Positions 57,432 through 64,000 of a stretch of DNA of 64,000 bases are shown here, piece by piece. A program made the translations under genes and the position numbers. The stretch lies in IMG/VR virus record IMGVR_UViG_3300009158_000031, positions 62,001 to 126,000 of that record; one strand, 5' to 3'. Position 1 is the stretch's first letter. The number at the start of each line of letters is the position of its first letter. A model generated the notes under the pieces. The model did no database searches. It was not told the origin of the DNA and saw nothing but the letters and a program-made list of their open reading frames with translations.

Positions 57432-57623
57432 ATGCAAAAACAAGTAATATACCTGCAAATAAGCAAATATCGTCGTTTGTATAACGATAATGTTCGAAAA
57501 TCTCTAGAAAGAATTGGAATCAAATATTCAGAAGTATCTACAAAATTCGGTTATCGATTAATGGTCAACGAATCAGATTTTTCGGCTGCATCTAGAGCAA
57601 TATTAAGCATTCCACTTAGATAA
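57432..57623 (+). CDS. small hypothetical protein
   Basis: Short basic ORF. Confidence 0.5.
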   Translation: MQKQVIYLQISKYRRLYNDNVRKSLERIGIKYSEVSTKFGYRLMVNESDFSAASRAILSIPLR

Positions 57624-57657
57624 AAACATCATATAAAAATAATAAAACATTTATAAA

Positions 57658-58929
57658 ATGGTTGGTAAATACACTCTTATATTCGATGCAAATTTCTGGT
57701 TACACAAAACCTATTTCATCGGTCAAAAAATTAAACAAGGAAAACCTTTTAATTTCTTTGACGAACCCGAAGCCGATAAGAATTTGCTTCTTTGGAAACT
57801 TTCAGTAGACTTCGCTGCCGAAGTAAAACGTTTCGACGGAATCGTTAATCGTGTGGTTTACTGCATCGATTCATCTTCATGGCGTAAGGAATTCTTTCCA
57901 CAAGCCGAATACAAAGGAACTCGTAAAAAATCTAGCGAAATCAATTGGAATGCAATCTATCAAGTACATGATGAATTTGCTAAAGCTCTTGAATCTCTTG
58001 GTGTTACAATTTCTCGAGTACCTGGTGCTGAAGCCGACGATTTAATTTTCGCATGGTCAGCATTCCTTAATCAAAATGGTCAAAATGCCCTTATTATCTC
58101 TGGTGATAATGATTTACTTCAATTAACTAATCATGATACATCTGCTGGTACAAACACTATTTACTACAACAAATTCGATAAAGATATTCACGTCTTCCGA
58201 GGATTCGAAAAATGGTTAAATGAAGATGCTACTCAATCTGCACCAACGGATATTTTCAATCTTCCAGTAGATCTAATGTCTAATGTAAAACTGAATCTTC
58301 GAGATATCGTTCGTACTAATAAAATGAAAATCGATGAAGTAAATACTCTTGAATTCGTTTTCAAAAAAGTACTTATTGGTGATGCCGGCGATAATGTTTC
58401 GCCATTAGATACCAAGATTAAAGAAACTAAAAAAGGACCTATTACTTATCGAGTTACCGATAATCATGCTCGTCAAGTTCTAGATGAATTCAAAAGCGAT
58501 AAAGTATTTGTTAATCAATCTCACTTTTTTCAAGATGAATTCATCGAGGAAATCTGTACAATTGCTAAAAGAATAATCAAAATCGATAAACCTATCGAAG
58601 ATATTATTACCAAATGGAAACAAAACCGAGATCTAGTATTCTTACATAAGCGTTGTATCCCGGAAAGAGTAAACGGTCTTATGTTCGAAAATATCGAAAC
58701 TAAATGGAACAAATCACTTTCAGGTGCTTCAGTTCATGGTATTCAAGATAAAGATGCTATTCTTCGAGGAACTACATATTCAAAAGAAAAAACAGATTCA
58801 TTTAACGAATCAGGAGTTTTCAAAGCAATGAAAATTGAAGATATTATAAAAGGAAATCATGAAGTAACGGTAACTAAAACTCCGGCTGAAGGATTCAATG
58901 ATGATTTTTGGTCAAATCTAACTAAATAA
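57658..58929 (+). CDS. rnh: 5'-3' exonuclease/flap nuclease (T4 RNase H-like)
   Basis: IFDAN, DSSSWRKEFF..YKGTRKK, EADD, SGDNDLLQL, GDAGDNV. Confidence 0.9.
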   Translation: MVGKYTLIFDANFWLHKTYFIGQKIKQGKPFNFFDEPEADKNLLLWKLSVDFAAEVKRFDGIVNRVVYCIDSSSWRKEFFPQAEYKGTRKKSSEINWNAIYQVHDEFAKALESLGVTISRVPGAEADDLIFAWSAFLNQNGQNALIISGDNDLLQLTNHDTSAGTNTIYYNKFDKDIHVFRGFEKWLNEDATQSAPTDIFNLPVDLMSNVKLNLRDIVRTNKMKIDEVNTLEFVFKKVLIGDAGDNVSPLDTKIKETKKGPITYRVTDNHARQVLDEFKSDKVFVNQSHFFQDEFIEEICTIAKRIIKIDKPIEDIITKWKQNRDLVFLHKRCIPERVNGLMFENIETKWNKSLSGASVHGIQDKDAILRGTTYSKEKTDSFNESGVFKAMKIEDIIKGNHEVTVTKTPAEGFNDDFWSNLTK

Positions 58930-58930
58930 T

Positions 58931-59200
58931 ATGAAACCTAAATTAAAAGAATTTACTACATTATTCGTAATACAAGTTATCTCATATTCTCTATTATGTA
59001 TAAACTTTAGAGCCGTTGCTCAAGCGCATTACATGCAATCAGCAATTACTGACTTTGTAATTGCGACTCTTTCGTTTTTTGTAATTCGTAAAATTGCTAA
59101 AAGTGAAGATACCTTTCATGGATGGGCAGGTTATGCTTTTGGAGGAGTAGTCGGTTCTTTCCTAGGAATATGGCTTTCTAAAATACTATTAGGATCATAA
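58931..59200 (+). CDS. small multi-pass membrane protein
   Basis: Three hydrophobic helices; YAFGGVVGSFLGI. Confidence 0.65.
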   Translation: MKPKLKEFTTLFVIQVISYSLLCINFRAVAQAHYMQSAITDFVIATLSFFVIRKIAKSEDTFHGWAGYAFGGVVGSFLGIWLSKILLGS

Positions 59201-59214
59201 AATAAAAAAAATAT

Positions 59215-59445
59215 ATGGCAGAAACAAATTTTCATTCAACTCGTAGAGGATCTAAATTCTACGATTTCGATATTCCTAAATTAACTGAGCAATTAGAAAG
59301 AATTGCAAATGCATTAGAAGGAAAAAATAAAATCGAAGAAAAACGATTAATTCTAGAACAGAAAAAATTACTTAAAGAAACCAAAGATGCCAGAGTTACC
59401 GGAAGTAGCGAGGACAGCAACGAGTCTACACCAGAGAATGTATAA
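59215..59445 (+). CDS. small coiled-coil hypothetical protein
   Basis: RRGSKFYDFDIPKLTEQLERIANALE. Confidence 0.55.
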   Translation: MAETNFHSTRRGSKFYDFDIPKLTEQLERIANALEGKNKIEEKRLILEQKKLLKETKDARVTGSSEDSNESTPENV

Positions 59446-60205
59446 TTCGGAAATTTCCGAAATTAACATTTTATCAGGTCGATATTCTCGACACGGAAAA
59501 CCTCCAGGTTTCGATGAATTTACCAATAACCTTCCTATGAAGGTAGACAAAGTTTCCTTTTCCGGGAAACTTTTGATTTTTTATTTAAAAGATAAAAATG
59601 ACAAACCTTGGTTTATTTGGAATACATTAGGAATGTCTGGTGGATGGCGATTAGAACCATCTAAACATGGTCATGTTGAAGTAGTAACTGAAGATGGTAG
59701 ATTTTATTTCACGGATCCTCGAAACTTTGGAACTATGCGTTTCACTGATTCTGAAGAACTTACTCGAAGAAAATCAAATGGAATTGGACCAAATCATCTT
59801 CAACATGAAATTACCGACGAATTATTTAAGACTCGTTTGATGAAATTTCCACATTTGACACTCCCGGCAGTTATGATGAATCAAAGTCTAATTGGTGGTA
59901 TTGGAAATTATATTAAAGCAGAAGCTCTTTATCGAGCTCAACTTTCTCCTCATCGAATTGTTGAATCTTTAAATGACCGAGATTTTTCTCGTCTTAATGC
60001 TGCAGTTAAAGAAGTTATTGTTGGATCATATGAAAATCGAGGTGCAACAATAAGAACATATGCTAATCTAGACGGAGAATCAGGAGATTTTCCATTCTTC
60101 TTTAAAGTCTATGGAAGAAACATTTGCGAAGCCGGCTATGAGGTAATTACCGAAGGAACTCAAGATGGTAGAACAACACATTGGGTACCACAAATACAAA
60201 TCTAA
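59387..60205 (+). CDS. fpg: Fpg/Nei DNA glycosylase with zincless finger
   Basis: MPELPEV, GKL, LGMSG, DPRNFG, H2TH GIGNYIKAEALY, GRTTHWVP with no Cys4 finger. Confidence 0.92.
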   Translation: MPELPEVARTATSLHQRMYNSEISEINILSGRYSRHGKPPGFDEFTNNLPMKVDKVSFSGKLLIFYLKDKNDKPWFIWNTLGMSGGWRLEPSKHGHVEVVTEDGRFYFTDPRNFGTMRFTDSEELTRRKSNGIGPNHLQHEITDELFKTRLMKFPHLTLPAVMMNQSLIGGIGNYIKAEALYRAQLSPHRIVESLNDRDFSRLNAAVKEVIVGSYENRGATIRTYANLDGESGDFPFFFKVYGRNICEAGYEVITEGTQDGRTTHWVPQIQI

Positions 60206-60218
60206 TCATATAATTATT

Positions 60219-60632
60219 ATGGAACTATTCGATCTTGTCAGAATTATGTTTTCTGATCAAAAGAAATATGCAAAGCTATCTTATCATGAAAAGTCTAAAA
60301 ACTTCTTTATGATTCAAAGATTCATGTCTATTAAATACCCAACAACTGCTCAATCACTTAATCGTGTAGGTGCTAATCCCGGTGCCATCATTGATCTATG
60401 GCAATTAGTTGCTTCTCGTTTTAGTAAAGTTCCAGGATGGATATATACTAAGACGAAAAAAGTATCTACTACAACAGAAAAACGTTGGAAACCTGATCCA
60501 GAAATTGCAACTATTTGGATGCAAAGAAATTCAGTAGGTCCAAGAGAACTAGATGAATGTATCAAATACCGTCCAGAGGAAATGAAAAAACTTTTCAAAT
60601 CCCTAGAAAAACAGATTGGAATGTATGAATGA
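60219..60632 (+). CDS. possible clamp loader small subunit (gp62-like)
   Basis: FFMIQRFMS..LNR..WIYTKTKK pattern; size fits gp62. Confidence 0.45.
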   Translation: MELFDLVRIMFSDQKKYAKLSYHEKSKNFFMIQRFMSIKYPTTAQSLNRVGANPGAIIDLWQLVASRFSKVPGWIYTKTKKVSTTTEKRWKPDPEIATIWMQRNSVGPRELDECIKYRPEEMKKLFKSLEKQIGMYE

Positions 60633-61278
60633 TTACATATCACCATTAGTACAACCTTTAATTCTCGAAGTATTTCTCTATCAAAACAATTATAAAGATC
60701 GTTTATTGGTATCTGAGTTACGAAAGAAGACTAATATTATTCAAAATGGCGAAGATGAGAATTCTTTCTTTGTTAAAGCAGATGATGTTTTTTTCGTGAT
60801 TAGCTCAAAATTTGCCAAAGATCTAGATACATTCAGAAATTCATCGGATAAAACTATTTTTAAAAATGCCACTTCGATTTACTTTCTAGATACAATTCTA
60901 GAAAGGTTTCAATCTATAAAGTACTTCAAAATTAATGTATCTCAATCTACCAATTTTACTAGAGAGAAAGAAAACGTCATTAATTTTGATTATCGAATAG
61001 CTCATTCTCGAGTAGATCTTACTTCTGAATTTGATGGCGTAGATCTATTTCTATTGGAGTGTATTTTGCGAGATATTAAAATTTTCGAATATGATATTCT
61101 TCAACCGAAGGCTTATACCGAGATAAATGCACACGATCTAATTGATAAACTATCCATCTATCTTACCGGCATAGAAGAGAGTAGCGAAGAATTCGAAATT
61201 ATCCAAAGAATTCTTATGATTATTGGTCCAAAACTCGAACAGGACAATTCAATTATACTTCTAATTATTAAGAAGTAG
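60625..61278 (+). CDS. hypothetical protein
   Basis: ORF coupled to the previous gene. Confidence 0.55.
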   Translation: MNDYISPLVQPLILEVFLYQNNYKDRLLVSELRKKTNIIQNGEDENSFFVKADDVFFVISSKFAKDLDTFRNSSDKTIFKNATSIYFLDTILERFQSIKYFKINVSQSTNFTREKENVINFDYRIAHSRVDLTSEFDGVDLFLLECILRDIKIFEYDILQPKAYTEINAHDLIDKLSIYLTGIEESSEEFEIIQRILMIIGPKLEQDNSIILLIIKK

Positions 61279-61309
61279 TTTGAATATATAAAAAAAACAT
61301 TCCGAAATA

Positions 61310-61711
61310 ATGTCAGGAACTGGTCCAACTATAGATAAACGATTCGAAGAAATCTTACTAGCAATACAAACCATTCAAGCTAAATTACCAAATGGCGAGC
61401 TTGAGAGTATGAAATCGATGATTGCATCTATGCAGAACGATCAAAAAGTAATTAAAGAAGACTTAGAATATTTCAAAAAACGTCTGTTTAATCCAGATGA
61501 TGGAGTTATTGTAAGAATCAACAAAAATACCGACTCTATTGAAAGATTCGGAAAGGAAATTGAGGACATCGTTGATGATTATCCTAGAGTACTTTCTAGA
61601 TTAGAATCTCTTGAATCTTGGAGAGATGGAGTAAATAAAGCACTTTGGATAATATACACATCTATTATAGGTTTAATTCTTACTGCAGTTTTCGGCATTA
61701 TTTTAAAATAA
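61310..61711 (+). CDS. coiled-coil protein with C-terminal TM anchor (holin/XhlA-like?)
   Basis: RLESLESWR..ALWIIYTSIIGLILTAVFGII. Confidence 0.5.
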   Translation: MSGTGPTIDKRFEEILLAIQTIQAKLPNGELESMKSMIASMQNDQKVIKEDLEYFKKRLFNPDDGVIVRINKNTDSIERFGKEIEDIVDDYPRVLSRLESLESWRDGVNKALWIIYTSIIGLILTAVFGIILK

Positions 61712-61720
61712 CCAAACTTA

Positions 61721-63550
61721 ATGAGATTTGTACTTGATATATCTGCAAACAATAACACTTACAAGGCTAATGATTCTTTGGTTGTTAAATTTTCAGATTC
61801 TTTTAAATTAATTGGATCTATACAATCAATTAACTTTGATTTTGCTCCACTAGATACTGCATCAAATGGACACGATATTTCTATTCGTTGGTCGTATGAC
61901 GGTATGGTATGGTCAGCATGGGAAGATTGGATAATCAAAACAGCAGCTGTTGCAAATCAACAAGATCTAATTAGTAAAATTATCACCAATCACGATTCAT
62001 TCTTTTTAGAATTTCGTTTAGTTAGATATGGTACAGATGTAGGAACTAGAACTCTTACATTAGCGGCAATGGAATTCGAGAGCAAATCTGCTCCTGAACA
62101 AATGGTTGAATCGCCATTTGGAAATACATCATGTTATGCACAATGTTCTCCATCACAAAACTTCTATACCGGAGTAAGAATTGATTGTGATCCAAGACTT
62201 CTATTTCAACCTTACAATTTAATGAATCCGGCAATAAACTTCTATCGAGAAGCTTCGAATGCCGTATCTGAAATGTTTGGTCATTGTGTTCGTTATTTCA
62301 AAACTCAAGCAGATGTTGCTTCAGCTGATGCGGTACTTAAAGAATATTCATTATTCAATGTGACTGATGTTAAAGACATCAAAATCATGGTTCCGGATAA
62401 TACATTCCCAGATAATGCTATTGCATTCTTTCCTTATGATATGGATTTTGGAGAAGGTCTAGAGATACACATAGTAAGAGATCATTTCGAAAGAGCATTC
62501 GGTGTAGATGATTTACCTGAACAAAAAGATTATTTATACTTTCCTCTCATAGATCGTATGTTCGAAGTTCATTCAGCATATCTTTATAGAGATTTTATGA
62601 TGTCTCAAGTTTATTACAAAGTGATGCTATACAAATGGCAAGATAAGCTAAATGTAATGAGAGATATCAAAGAAATCAATGATTATGTAGATAATTTAAC
62701 TGAGAATTTTGATGAAGTTCTACAACCAGAGGTGGATAAAGAATTTTTACAAATAACGAAACCAGATCAATATGTAACTTCATCCATGAATAATATCGGT
62801 GGATATGATAATGTTAGATCTCTTATTAATACAGATATTCAAATAAAGACTTATGATCTAAACAATTACTTTACAATAGTAGGTAAGTATTTTTACGAAT
62901 TGAATACCGGAATAAAACAAAATGATTTAGCGGTGAAATATAAATTGTTAGTAAATAGATCACAAAGTGAACATACTGCATTTTCTGCATGGTTCAAACC
63001 TTTAAAGTCTAATTGGACAACGCAAACAAATACATACGATACAATAATCAATGGATATAATACTGCAGAATCCAAAGGTTATCGAATCAATCTTCTTTAT
63101 AGTAATGTAAATAATACAGTTGTTACTAGTGGAATAGAAGTTAAAATAAATGGACAAACTTTACAATTCAATCAAGATTTTCCTCAATTAAATAGAGACG
63201 AATGGTATGCAATCGTATTTAATCAGCTAAACGATTTTTCACAGGCATCAATTCATATTTGGAAAATGAAATGGACAGGGGCACCAAACACACAAAAGAC
63301 AACCGATCTTCAATTAGTATACACTCAAAACGTTTCAATTATTGCAGAAGAAGTCAAACCAACTGCAACTAATTTTACTTTAGTCGGTGGAACTTTAGGA
63401 ATAACAAATGTAAGAATTTGGAAAGAATCTATTGAAGAAGAAAAACAACCATTGGTTCTTAATCAATATGTAGTAAGAGATTCTCATTTATCTTTAGCTA
63501 CAGACAATGCTATACCACCTTTACGATTAGTTAAAGAATATGTTAGATAA
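61721..63550 (+). CDS. neck protein gp14-like domain with C-terminal LamG-like domain
   Basis: MFGHCVRYF..DYLYFPLIDRMFEV (gp14-like); SAWFKP..WYAIVF..ITNVRIW (LamG-like). Confidence 0.55.
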   Translation: MRFVLDISANNNTYKANDSLVVKFSDSFKLIGSIQSINFDFAPLDTASNGHDISIRWSYDGMVWSAWEDWIIKTAAVANQQDLISKIITNHDSFFLEFRLVRYGTDVGTRTLTLAAMEFESKSAPEQMVESPFGNTSCYAQCSPSQNFYTGVRIDCDPRLLFQPYNLMNPAINFYREASNAVSEMFGHCVRYFKTQADVASADAVLKEYSLFNVTDVKDIKIMVPDNTFPDNAIAFFPYDMDFGEGLEIHIVRDHFERAFGVDDLPEQKDYLYFPLIDRMFEVHSAYLYRDFMMSQVYYKVMLYKWQDKLNVMRDIKEINDYVDNLTENFDEVLQPEVDKEFLQITKPDQYVTSSMNNIGGYDNVRSLINTDIQIKTYDLNNYFTIVGKYFYELNTGIKQNDLAVKYKLLVNRSQSEHTAFSAWFKPLKSNWTTQTNTYDTIINGYNTAESKGYRINLLYSNVNNTVVTSGIEVKINGQTLQFNQDFPQLNRDEWYAIVFNQLNDFSQASIHIWKMKWTGAPNTQKTTDLQLVYTQNVSIIAEEVKPTATNFTLVGGTLGITNVRIWKESIEEEKQPLVLNQYVVRDSHLSLATDNAIPPLRLVKEYVR

Positions 63551-63552
63551 TG

Positions 63553-63670
63553 GGAGAATGAAGGAGATTAACCTAACTAGTAACTACTAGTACTGCCTGA
63601 AGAACTATATTATTTCCTCGATCACCTTAGATAAAGGTTATATGTTATTTTGAAGTAGTCAGATTCAGTA
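63553..63670. repeat. copy 2 of dispersed 92-bp element, plus 15-nt spacer and CAGATTCAGTA
   Basis: See copy 1 at 4122-4239. Confidence 0.95.
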
Positions 63671-63752
63671 CCATCGTTGATTCATTTACACATTTCCTGC
63701 AAATAATAATAAAACCTAAGAGATGCTAATTTATGCATCCAATAAATAAATT

Positions 63753-64000
63753 ATGGAAGATAAAAACGATTCAGTAAGAAAATCTATAGATGATTTATTA
63801 GCAGAAGATCAACAATCAAATTCTTTGTCTACTACATCAGGTGGAGGTTTACCTGCATTTCAAGTAACAGATCCTTTAGATTATGATGGAGAAAAAGATA
63901 TAGCACAGAATAAGGCCAAGAAATTAATGAATTCTCTTTTGAAATTCTACCTATCACAGGAGATAATTCAAAAGAATGAATATATTACTCTCAAAGCTAA
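63753..64000 (+). CDS. 3'-truncated hypothetical protein
   Basis: MEDKNDSVRKSIDDLL... runs off the window. Confidence 0.6.
   Translation, partial: MEDKNDSVRKSIDDLLAEDQQSNSLSTTSGGGLPAFQVTDPLDYDGEKDIAQNKAKKLMNSLLKFYLSQEIIQKNEYITLKA

Noticed and set aside
1-64000. Minus-strand and nested alternative-frame ORFs in the track (e.g. 432..704, 2183..2656, 16330..16755, 44253..44594, 45020..45463)
   Set aside because: They overlap well-supported + strand genes, show no motifs, and look like antisense or shifted-frame shadows of biased codon use.
1-64000. CRISPR array, tRNA or rRNA genes
   Set aside because: No regularly spaced repeats and no cloverleaf with a T-arm and CCA were seen by eye.
1-64000. 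Stop-codon reassignment, as in some Bacteroidota phages
   Set aside because: Core genes are full length in the standard code, and TAG and TGA end real genes (nrdA, primase, uvsX).

Overview
This AT-rich window (roughly 30% GC by eye) comes from a large T4-like tailed phage. It uses the standard genetic code, and every convincing gene lies on the + strand. The host is probably Bacteroidota: four early promoters carry the TAnnTTTG -7 box (3 exact, 1 variant), start codons lack Shine-Dalgarno sites, and one gene encodes a Bacteroidota-style lipoprotein. T4 core genes include gp32, gp61, UvsY, UvsW, UvsX, gp41, gp46/47, gp44, a likely gp45 and gp62, RNase H, a gp55-like sigma, gp4, gp2, gp20, a gp21-scaffold fusion, gp23, gp15 and a gp14-like protein. 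Nucleotide and repair genes are nrdBA, dUTPase, RuvC and Fpg/Nei. The most notable observations are: (1) an RNA repair/ribosome rescue island at 51.6-55.8 kb with a minimal ligase-fold enzyme, two candidate Y-like RNAs with bulged-C helices, Ro60/TROVE, SmpB and a CCA-type nucleotidyltransferase; (2) a 92-bp element present twice, 59 kb apart (91/92 identical), each followed by a 15-nt variable spacer and a conserved 11-mer; (3) about 15 proteins with a T4-like capsid-targeting N-terminus, including a T7 gp0.7-like kinase and a RimK-protease fusion; (4) a family-B DNA polymerase split into two genes 4 kb apart; (5) a probable -1 frameshift at an A9 run; (6) a structured, AAGT-repeat gp32 leader. 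All family calls come from motif recognition by eye; no searches were run.
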